38,523 nt of DNA from an uncultured Candidatus Saccharibacteria bacterium (GTDB taxonomy: Bacteria > Patescibacteriota > Dojkabacteria > SC72). Made by a program: the position numbers and the translations under genes. The notes beneath the pieces were generated by a model. The model was given only the letters and a program-made list of their open reading frames with translations. It was not told the origin of the DNA and did no database searches. Each line of letters opens with the position of its first letter. The stretch's first letter is position 1. Positions 1-8,427 of the stretch are shown in pieces. The stretch covers positions 1 to 38,523 of the forward strand of contig CAZCWY010000001.1 in the NCBI GenBank assembly GCA_964502535.1, given 5' to 3'.

Positions 1-441
1 ATTTGCTTCTGCCATTCTCTCTACATCTAACTTCTTCTTAAGAGCATCTCCCTCTCTATTGAATGCATTTAAGAATTCTGTTTCTAATAACTGAGCAAAT
101 GATTTTCCTGTCTTCTTTCTTGAAATATCTACCAACCATCTTACTGATAAAGTCTCTTGTCTTCTTGGACCAACTGGAACAGGAACCTGATAGTTAGCAC
201 CACCTACTCTTCGAGATTTAATCTCAAGTGCTGGTCTTATATTGTCTATTGCTGTATGTACAAATTCAATTACAGGAATATTGCTTTTTGTAGCTCCTGC
301 TTCTATTGCTGTATATACTAATTCTTCAGCAACTGACTTCTTTCCTCCTTGCATTACCTTATTAATGAGTCTTCCAATAACCTCATCATTATATTTTCTA
401 TCTTTTGCTATTATTCTTTTTTTTGATCTCTTACCTCTCAT
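1..441 (-). CDS. rpsG: 30S ribosomal protein S7 (C-terminal end runs off the window)
   Basis: Not in the ORF track because no stop lies inside the window. My minus-strand translation from ATG 441-439 reads MRGKRSKKRIIAKDRKYNDEVIGRLINKVMQGGKKSVAEELVYTAIE...IKSRRVGGANYQVPVPVGPRRQETLSVRWLV. This is an S7-family sequence in the str-operon position right after rpsL. The + strand ORF 242..454 is its antisense shadow. Confidence 0.9.
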   Translation of the reverse strand, partial: MRGKRSKKRIIAKDRKYNDEVIGRLINKVMQGGKKSVAEELVYTAIEAGATKSNIPVIEFVHTAIDNIRPALEIKSRRVGGANYQVPVPVGPRRQETLSVRWLVDISRKKTGKSFAQLLETEFLNAFNREGDALKKKLDVERMAEAN

Positions 442-459
442 TACTATTTATTAAAAATA

Positions 460-876
460 TTATTCTTTCTCTGGTCTTTTAGCACCATATTTAGATCTAG
501 CTTTCTTTCTACCTTTTACACCTGCAGTATCATATTTACCCCTTACCACAATATATTTAACACCTGGTAAGTCTCTTTTTCTTCCTGCTTTAACCATTAC
601 AACTGAGTGCTCCTGTAGATTATGTCCCTCACCTGGTATATATGCAGTAACTTCCATTCCATTAGAAAGTCTTACTCTGGCTACTTTTCTAAGTGCTGAG
701 TTAGGTTTCTTAGGAGTCATAGTTTTAACCTGAATACATACAGCCCTCTTAAATGGGTTATTAATTTTTTTATACCTATTTTTCAAGGGATTAAAATTTG
801 TAGCTAAAGCGATATGTTTTACTTTTTCTCTCTTTGCTACTCTAGGTTTTCTAATTAACTGGTTTATAGTCGGCAT
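460..876 (-). CDS. rpsL: 30S ribosomal protein S12
   Basis: [12 protein letters not shown]..., [29 protein letters not shown] and RDLPGVKY are S12 hallmarks. At 138 aa it is longer than the usual ~124 aa because of an internal insertion (see findings). Confidence 0.97.
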   Translation of the reverse strand: MPTINQLIRKPRVAKREKVKHIALATNFNPLKNRYKKINNPFKRAVCIQVKTMTPKKPNSALRKVARVRLSNGMEVTAYIPGEGHNLQEHSVVMVKAGRKRDLPGVKYIVVRGKYDTAGVKGRKKARSKYGAKRPEKE

Positions 877-883
877 GGTTCGT

Positions 884-889
884 ATTATA
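884..889 (-). promoter_or_regulatory. -10 box TATAAT for rpsL
   Basis: Minus strand reads TTGTATAATacgaaccATG, a 7-nt gap to the rpsL ATG. It lies in the 25-nt rpoC-rpsL spacer, and no SD is present. Confidence 0.5.
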
Positions 890-901
890 CAACAAAATCA
901 A

Positions 902-3900
902 TTAAAGTTTAATCTCTTCGAGATTATTCATATCTGTAAGAATTGCTGTATCTCCGGAAGGTATTCTTCTTCCAATGATTACATTCTCTTTCATACCTCT
1001 TAAGAAGTCTGTTTTACCTAATATTGCACTATTAGTCAATACTCTTACCTGCTCTTGGAATGACATTGCAGAAAGGAAACTCTCTGTATACAAAGCAGAT
1101 GCTTTTATTCCAAGTAATTTTGGAGATACTAAAGCTTTTCTCTTACTATCTGCAAGTAATAGATTATTCTTTACTTCAGATATAAATCTGTTTACCATTG
1201 AACCTACAAGATACTCTGTGTCTCCTGTTTCTAATACTCTTCCTAATCTTGCCATCTGTCTAATTATTACCTCAACATGGATATCATCTATTGATACAGC
1301 CTGCTCATTAAATACTTTCTGAACTTGATCAAGAATATATTTTTGAGCAACTAGTAAACCAGCTATATCTGCAAGTTTCTTAGGATCAACTGCACCTGCA
1401 ACTAACTGAGTACCTGCTTCAATCTTATCGCCGTCATTTACTAATATCTCAACATTTGGAAGAACAGACATACTCTCTTCTGCTTTCATGGAGCCAATTA
1501 ATGTTAGTATTCCTCCCTCAATCTTTGCAACTGCATCAAATGGAGACTGTTTTTCCATACCTTCAGTATCAATGTATATAACCTGACCAGCTTTAACTTG
1601 AGCTCCATCTGTTACTAATACACTCTTTGCATCTGATATTACTATCTCTTTTTCCATTTTTCTTTCACCAACAATTAGTAAGGTTGCGGAGTCATCTTCT
1701 GCTCTTTCAATATGGACCTTTCCACTTACTGTAGCGATATCTGCTTCTGCTTTAGGAGATCTTGCTTCAAATAGCTCTTCGATTCTTGGTAATCCCTGCG
1801 TAATATCTGTTGTTTGAACTCCTCCCTTATGGAATGTCTGCATAGTCATCTGTGTTCCTGGTTCACCAATAGACTGAGCTGCAATAACTCCAACTGCTTT
1901 ACCCATTTCTATCTCATCTCCATTTTCGAGATTTAATCCATAACATTTTCTACACATTCCTAGAGGTGATTTACATAGGATTGGGGTTCTTACATTAACC
2001 TCTTCTATTCCTTCGTTAATAATTTTCTCAGCAACTTCTTTTGTAATATGTCCATTCTTAGATACAAGAATCTCTCCCTTTGAATCTAAAATGTCTTTTG
2101 CCGCTACTCTCCCAAATATCCTCTTTTCATAGCTCATTCTTCTATCATCTCCTTTTCTGATTATTAATCCCTCTCCCTCGTATCCACAATCCTCTAATCT
2201 AACAATTACATCATGAGCAACATCTACTAACTTTCTAGTTAAATATCCTGAAGATGATGTTCTAAGAGATCTATCAGCAATACCTTTTCTTCCACCATTA
2301 GCAGCAACAAAATACTCAAATGCATTTAGTCCATCTCTATAGTTACCTTTAATTGGAAGTGGAATAGAGTTACCTCTAGAATCCTTAACAATACCCTTGA
2401 TGGTAAGTACCTGTCTTGCCTGAATCTTACCTCCATTGGCTTTAGATTCAACCATTTCGAATACTGAATTGTTTTTATCTAACTTACCCCAAGCTTCCTC
2501 TGCTAAATCTGATGCAAAATCATTCCACATTTCTGTAGAGATATTTATCTTTTCTTTCTCTGTTATGAGACCTTGAAGATAGTTATCTTGCAATTGAAGG
2601 TCTTTCTCTTCAACCTCCTTAATCTTTGTTTTAACATCAAAATTAACCTTACAATCTTCCATTCCAAATGAAAATCCTAAATCTGTGGCATATTTGAAAC
2701 CCATATCTTTAAGATTATCTAAAAGTTCTACAACTACCTCTAATGAATATTTATCTTTAATATCTTCGACGATTTGAGATATGGTTCCACCACTTACTCT
2801 TTCGTTAACAAACTTATATCCTTCAGGAAGAATACTGTTAAATATTGCCCTTCCTACAGAAGTACTAACTACTTCTCCATTAATCATGATGAGAATCTCT
2901 TCACTAATATTTATTACCTCTCTCTCATATGCCTTAATTGCTAAATCAACAGATCCAAAGATTCTTGGTTTCTCAACTTCATTCTTGTCTGTCATAAGGT
3001 AGAAACCTAAGAGCATATCCTTAGATGGTATTGCTAAGACTTCTCCATTGGAGATATTAACAATATTTTTAGATGCCATAATGTCTCTTTTTGCCTCTTC
3101 TAATGCCTCTACTGTAAGCAAAAGATGAACAGACATCTGGTCTCCATCAAAGTCAGCGTTAAATGCTTTACATACTAATGGATGTAACCTAATAGCTTCT
3201 CCTTCTACTAACTTAGGATAGAAGGCTTGAATACTGTATTTATGTAAAGTAGGAGCACGATTAAGTAATACAGGTTTACCCTCTATTACCTTCTCAAGTA
3301 TGTCCCAAATAATATCTTCCTCTTCTTCTATCATGTCTTTTGCAACCCTTACATTAGGAGCTAACTCTTGATCTAATAGATCATGAATAACGAATGGTTT
3401 AAACATTTCTAATAGAACAGACTTAGGAATACCACATTGATCTAATTTAAGACTTGGGTCTCCTACAATTACAGCACGACCTGAGTAATCTACTCTCTTT
3501 CCTAAAAGATTCTTTCTAAATATTCCCTTCTTACCCCTTAAATCATCTGTTAGTGATTGATATGGCAATCTCTTGCTATTCATCATAGGTTTAGATGGCC
3601 TATGTGAGTTATCAATTACTGCATCAACCGACTCCTGTAACATTCTCTTCTCATTTCGCAAAATAACATCAGGAGCTCCAATTTCAATCAATCTAGCTAA
3701 TCTATTGTTTCTATTAATAATTCTTCTATACAAATCATTAAGATCAGAAGTAGCAAACTTACCTCCCGGTAAAGGAATAATTGGTCTTAACTCTGGTGGT
3801 AATACAGGAAGTATTTCAATTACCATCCAACTTGGATCTATTCCATTAATATTAAATCCTTCTAAATATTGAATTCTTCTTATAGATGCTAACTTCTTAT

Positions 3901-4819
3901 CACCTTTCTCTTTCTTAACATCTTTTCTTAGTTGTGCTAACTCTGCATCAATATCTAAATTCTGAAGTAACTTTTTAATAGCCTCTGCACCCATCATTGC
4001 ATTAAAGAAGAGTAAACCTCTATCCTCAAGATCAATATATTCATCTTCTGAAAGAACAGAACCAACATCAACCTTTTCAATAACCTGTTGAAGCTTAGAA
4101 TAGAAAGTATCAAACTCCTCTTCTCTCTCTGCAAAATCTTTTCTTACTTTTGCAACTCCCTGCTTCTTCTTGTGCTCTAATTGACTCATCTTGAAATCTT
4201 TTCCTTCCTTGTCTTTCTTAGCTTGCTTAATATCAGCATCATACATAGCCTCTGTAACTTTTAATTCCTCTTCTAACTCCTGTTTTAAACTCTCAATATC
4301 ACTCTTTTTACTACCTTCTAATTTAGAAAGCATTTCCTTTCTTTTCTCTGCTTCAATCTCTACTACCATATACCTTGTGTAATATATGACAGAAAGAAGT
4401 TTTTTATGAGACATATTTAAAACAATAGACATCTTGTTAGGGATACCGTATGCAAACCAAACATGTGCAACAGGTACTGATAACTTTATGTGACCCATTC
4501 TCTCTCTTCTTACATCTTTTGTAGTTACCTCTACACCACATTTATCACATACTATTCCCTTATATCTAATCTTTTTGTATTTACCACAGTAACATTCATA
4601 GTTTTTAGTAGGACCAAATATCTTCTCACAGAAAAGACCATCTGGCTCAGCTCTAAATGTTCTATAGTTAATAGTTTCTGCTTTTGTAACTTCTCCATAT
4701 GACCAATCTAATACCTGCTCAGGTGAGGCCAATGTAAGTCTTATTGCATCAAAATTCTCAAAAGAATCTTTATAATAGTGACTACTATTGCTATTGTGAT
4801 TATGGTTGTTATTATTCAT
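902..4819 (-). CDS. rpoC: DNA-directed RNA polymerase subunit beta'
   Basis: Zn-finger CYCGKYKKIRYKGIVCDKCGVEV, catalytic NADFDGDQMSVH, trigger loop TMQTFHKGGV...DITQGLPRIEELFEAR. AGGAGG (4829-4834 on the minus strand) sits 9 nt upstream of the ATG. The start overlaps the rpoB stop by 8 nt (ATGAATAA). Confidence 0.98.
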   Translation of the reverse strand: MNNNNHNHNSNSSHYYKDSFENFDAIRLTLASPEQVLDWSYGEVTKAETINYRTFRAEPDGLFCEKIFGPTKNYECYCGKYKKIRYKGIVCDKCGVEVTTKDVRRERMGHIKLSVPVAHVWFAYGIPNKMSIVLNMSHKKLLSVIYYTRYMVVEIEAEKRKEMLSKLEGSKKSDIESLKQELEEELKVTEAMYDADIKQAKKDKEGKDFKMSQLEHKKKQGVAKVRKDFAEREEEFDTFYSKLQQVIEKVDVGSVLSEDEYIDLEDRGLLFFNAMMGAEAIKKLLQNLDIDAELAQLRKDVKKEKGDKKLASIRRIQYLEGFNINGIDPSWMVIEILPVLPPELRPIIPLPGGKFATSDLNDLYRRIINRNNRLARLIEIGAPDVILRNEKRMLQESVDAVIDNSHRPSKPMMNSKRLPYQSLTDDLRGKKGIFRKNLLGKRVDYSGRAVIVGDPSLKLDQCGIPKSVLLEMFKPFVIHDLLDQELAPNVRVAKDMIEEEEDIIWDILEKVIEGKPVLLNRAPTLHKYSIQAFYPKLVEGEAIRLHPLVCKAFNADFDGDQMSVHLLLTVEALEEAKRDIMASKNIVNISNGEVLAIPSKDMLLGFYLMTDKNEVEKPRIFGSVDLAIKAYEREVINISEEILIMINGEVVSTSVGRAIFNSILPEGYKFVNERVSGGTISQIVEDIKDKYSLEVVVELLDNLKDMGFKYATDLGFSFGMEDCKVNFDVKTKIKEVEEKDLQLQDNYLQGLITEKEKINISTEMWNDFASDLAEEAWGKLDKNNSVFEMVESKANGGKIQARQVLTIKGIVKDSRGNSIPLPIKGNYRDGLNAFEYFVAANGGRKGIADRSLRTSSSGYLTRKLVDVAHDVIVRLEDCGYEGEGLIIRKGDDRRMSYEKRIFGRVAAKDILDSKGEILVSKNGHITKEVAEKIINEGIEEVNVRTPILCKSPLGMCRKCYGLNLENGDEIEMGKAVGVIAAQSIGEPGTQMTMQTFHKGGVQTTDITQGLPRIEELFEARSPKAEADIATVSGKVHIERAEDDSATLLIVGERKMEKEIVISDAKSVLVTDGAQVKAGQVIYIDTEGMEKQSPFDAVAKIEGGILTLIGSMKAEESMSVLPNVEILVNDGDKIEAGTQLVAGAVDPKKLADIAGLLVAQKYILDQVQKVFNEQAVSIDDIHVEVIIRQMARLGRVLETGDTEYLVGSMVNRFISEVKNNLLLADSKRKALVSPKLLGIKASALYTESFLSAMSFQEQVRVLTNSAILGKTDFLRGMKENVIIGRRIPSGDTAILTDMNNLEEIKL

Positions 4820-7800
4820 TCTCAGAAACCTCCTGCGTTTTTTTAGAAATTAATTCCATATTTAAACAGAGTGCATTTAATTCCTTGATTAATACTTTAA
4901 AGGATTCTGGGACGTTTACACTCTCTATCTTTTCACCATGTATAATAGCTTTGTAAGCACCAGACCTACCTTTAATATCATCGGACTTTATTGTTAACAT
5001 CTCTTGTAATGCATAAGGAGCACCATGAGATTCTAATGCCCATACTTCCATTTCTCCAAATCTTTGACCACCTCTTTGAGCTTTACCGCTTAATGGTTGC
5101 TGTGTTACTGCAGTGTATGGTCCAGTAGATCTAGCATGTACCTTCTCATCAGCAATATGATGTAATTTAAGTATATATTTCATTCCTACAGTTACCTTAC
5201 GTGGGAACTTCTTACCCGTTCTTCCATCATAAAGGTCTGTCTTCTGTTCAATTTTGTACCCCTGCTTCTTCATCTCTCTTTCTAACCACTCCATATTTAC
5301 ATCTTCAAAAAGTGGAAATGCAAATTTCTCTTTAAGTAATTTTGCATAGAGTCCGAAGTGGACTTCTTCTGCTTGACCCATATTCATTCTCTTAAGAAAT
5401 GTTGGGGTAAGTACAATATCAACCGGTTCACCATCTGGTGTAAAAGGCATATCTTCAATTGGACGAATAGCAGCAACAGTATTTTTGTCACCGTGTCTTC
5501 CAGATATTTTATCTCCATATCCTAACTTCTTTGTATCTGCTACCCATATCTTTACCTCTTCTAATACTCCAGGTGGTAATTTATCTCCCTTGTTAGCTGA
5601 AAGTCTTTGAGTATGAATTACAATACCCTCTTCTCCGTGTGGAAGTCTAAGTGAGTTATCTCTAACATCGCTTGCAGACTCTCCGAAAATAGCTCTGAGT
5701 AATCTCTCTTCCGCTGTTAACTCTTTCTCTCCTCTTGGTGCAATTACACCAACTAGAATATCTCCAGCCTTAACTTTAACACCTTCCCTAACCATTCCGG
5801 CCATATCTAATTTCTGTAATATCCTATCATTTACATGTGGGATATCTGCAGTAATTAACTCTGGTCCCAATTCAGTATCTCTTACCTCTACCTTGTGTTC
5901 TCTAATATGCACAGAGGTTAAAAGATCATCTCTAACTACTCTTTCAGAGATAACGACAGCATCCTCATAGTTGTATCCTTCATAGAACATTAAAGCTGCT
6001 CTAAGATTTATTCCAATTGCAAGTTCTCCTCCAACTGAAGTTGGACCATCTACTAAGATATCTCCCTTTTTAAATTTCTGTCCCTGTTCTACTGCAGGCT
6101 TTTGTGAGAAAGATGTATTATCATTAGTTCTATAGAAAGATTCTATCTTGTAATCTTGTATTCCCTCTTTCTTGTAGTTAACTGTTACCCTATTAGCATC
6201 AATATATGTCACCTCTCCATCATCTTTTGCAAATACACACCAGTTTGATTGTCTTGCAACAATCTCCTCAACACCTGTACCAACTAATGGTGCTTCTTGT
6301 TTTACTAAAGGAACTCCTTGCCTTTGCATATTTGCTCCAGCTAAAGCTCTCATAGCTTCATCATGAGATACAAATGGAATTAAAGCCATACCTAATCCAG
6401 CCTGTTGATATGTTAAAACATCTACATGGTCAACAAGATTAACATCCTCAAGTATGAAATCTCCTAAGTGTCTAACAGGAACTAAAGTTTCTAATATATT
6501 GTTATGCTCATCTGTATTAACAGAAGGAATACTAATATACATACCCTCTTCATCTAAAGCGTCAAGGTAATCTACCTCTTCTGAAATGAAAGGTTTAACT
6601 TTAATACTCTTAAGATCTTTCTTTGAAGAAATCTTTTCTACAATCTCTTTACTAATCAAAACACCACTCTTACCAGCTCCTTTTATATCTTCGTCTAAAA
6701 TTCTATTTATAAGTTCTGTTTTAGAGTTTTTAACCTCTTTTTTTACCCTTCTGTATGGAGATTCTAAAAAGCCAAATTCATTTACTCTAGCTAAAATTGA
6801 AAGCTGGGTAACAACACCAATATTTGCACTCTCTGGACTAGTTACAGGGTCAAACTTTGCATACTGAGAGTTATGAACCTCTCTAATCGAGAAAGTTGCT
6901 CTCTCTTTAACAATACCACCAGGACCAGCTGCAGTTACTTTCCTTTTGTTTTCTAATTCAGCCAATATATTGGTCTGATCCATGAAAGTAGATAGCTGAT
7001 TTGCTCCAAAGAATGATTGTATAGAGGCCGCAATTGGTTTAGTACCAACTAACATAGATGGAGTAACCTTGGCATCCTGTCCATACAAACTCATCTTATC
7101 CTTAATATTTTTCTCTAATCTTCTTACACCAGCTAATAACTGTCTTTCTAATACCTCTCCAACACTTCTAATCCTTCTATTAAACAAATGATCTATATCA
7201 TCTGCTGGTTCAACACCATTATTAATCTTGATTAATTTCTTTACTATTAATATGACATCTTCAGGATACAAAACGGCCTCGTCAGGATTATTATGATTAT
7301 ATGAAGTACCTAACTTTCTATTTAACTGGAATCTTCCAATCTTTCCTAAATCAAATTTTCTTTTGCTAAAGAAGTTGCTCTTAATATATTTCTCTGCACT
7401 CTCAAGTGTTACAGATTCATCAGGTCTAAGTTTATTGTAGATACTAATAACTGCATCCTCTTTACTCTTAGTAAAGTCACGAGCCAATGTAGCTTCAATA
7501 TATTTATACTCTTCATGAGTATCAACATCTTTAAAAAGTTTAAGAATCTCTTGATCAGTTTCATATCCTAATACTCTTAAAAACTCAGTAATCAATACTC
7601 TTGGTCTTTTTGGTAAAATCCTCATTGATATTACATTGTACTTATTTGTCTCTATCTCATACCATGGTCCTCTTCCTGGCATTAATCTAACTTTGTAAAG
7701 AGTTCTATAAGGTAAAATCTCAGATACTTCAAAAAGTACACCCTCCGCTCTTACAATCTGATGAGTAACAACTCTTCTAACGCCGTTTACAATGAAAGCA

Positions 7801-8165
7801 CCATCATCAGTCATCATTGGTAAGTCAGCAACAAAAATCTCTTGCTCTTTAATCTCACCAGTTTTGTTGTTTAAAAGTTGAACTGTTGCATATACAGGAA
7901 TTTCGTATGAAAGTCCCTTTGCTAATACTTCTTGAATACTACCGTAAGGTTCACCATATCTAAAAGATTTAAACTCTAAAGTCCACATCCTCTCCATAGT
8001 ATCTTTAACAGGATTTATCTCTTCAAAGAGTCTCTGAAATCCACCTTCGTAAAATTCTTTAAATGAAGACTTTTGTGCTTCAATTAAATTAGGAATTTCG
8101 AAAGATGAGGAGAAGCCTTTTCCCAGATTAAGTCTGGAAGCTCTATTTCGCTTGGGTTCAATCAT
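4812..8165 (-). CDS. rpoB: DNA-directed RNA polymerase subunit beta
   Basis: Rif-cluster-like FFGANQLSTFMDQTN, plus GRHGDKN, GGQRFGEMEVWALE and KSDDIKGRS motifs. 1117 aa, immediately upstream of rpoC. Confidence 0.98.
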   Translation of the reverse strand: MIEPKRNRASRLNLGKGFSSSFEIPNLIEAQKSSFKEFYEGGFQRLFEEINPVKDTMERMWTLEFKSFRYGEPYGSIQEVLAKGLSYEIPVYATVQLLNNKTGEIKEQEIFVADLPMMTDDGAFIVNGVRRVVTHQIVRAEGVLFEVSEILPYRTLYKVRLMPGRGPWYEIETNKYNVISMRILPKRPRVLITEFLRVLGYETDQEILKLFKDVDTHEEYKYIEATLARDFTKSKEDAVISIYNKLRPDESVTLESAEKYIKSNFFSKRKFDLGKIGRFQLNRKLGTSYNHNNPDEAVLYPEDVILIVKKLIKINNGVEPADDIDHLFNRRIRSVGEVLERQLLAGVRRLEKNIKDKMSLYGQDAKVTPSMLVGTKPIAASIQSFFGANQLSTFMDQTNILAELENKRKVTAAGPGGIVKERATFSIREVHNSQYAKFDPVTSPESANIGVVTQLSILARVNEFGFLESPYRRVKKEVKNSKTELINRILDEDIKGAGKSGVLISKEIVEKISSKKDLKSIKVKPFISEEVDYLDALDEEGMYISIPSVNTDEHNNILETLVPVRHLGDFILEDVNLVDHVDVLTYQQAGLGMALIPFVSHDEAMRALAGANMQRQGVPLVKQEAPLVGTGVEEIVARQSNWCVFAKDDGEVTYIDANRVTVNYKKEGIQDYKIESFYRTNDNTSFSQKPAVEQGQKFKKGDILVDGPTSVGGELAIGINLRAALMFYEGYNYEDAVVISERVVRDDLLTSVHIREHKVEVRDTELGPELITADIPHVNDRILQKLDMAGMVREGVKVKAGDILVGVIAPRGEKELTAEERLLRAIFGESASDVRDNSLRLPHGEEGIVIHTQRLSANKGDKLPPGVLEEVKIWVADTKKLGYGDKISGRHGDKNTVAAIRPIEDMPFTPDGEPVDIVLTPTFLKRMNMGQAEEVHFGLYAKLLKEKFAFPLFEDVNMEWLEREMKKQGYKIEQKTDLYDGRTGKKFPRKVTVGMKYILKLHHIADEKVHARSTGPYTAVTQQPLSGKAQRGGQRFGEMEVWALESHGAPYALQEMLTIKSDDIKGRSGAYKAIIHGEKIESVNVPESFKVLIKELNALCLNMELISKKTQEVSENE

Positions 8166-8427
8166 AAAATGGTGATTTATAGGTTATAAATTACATCTAA
8201 TAAAAGCGATAAAACCCAAATCAATCTTAAAAATGATTTAGGAAAACTTCAAGAATCGCTTTAATTTAAAGCATAAATTAAATAACTCCCGCGAGTTTAT
8301 CACATTCTAGTAATATAGTCAAAGGGTTTTTAGGCATTTTGCAATCATTTCGTATAAAGGATAATATATGAATGGAAATATTTTGTCAAAAGATATAAAT
8401 TCCTCTATTATATATATACTCAAAACT

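Noticed and set aside
242-454. 70-aa + strand ORF in the supplied track
   Set aside because: It lies entirely antisense to a clear S7 (rpsG) reading frame and has a low-complexity hydrophobic translation. It is a shadow ORF.
902-4819. Inteins, introns or large foreign insertions in rpoB/rpoC/dnaG
   Set aside because: The conserved blocks are collinear. The only extra segments are the Lys/Glu-rich coiled-coil region in the variable N-terminal part of beta' and an Asn/His-rich N-terminus. There are no intein splice motifs or homing-endonuclease signatures.
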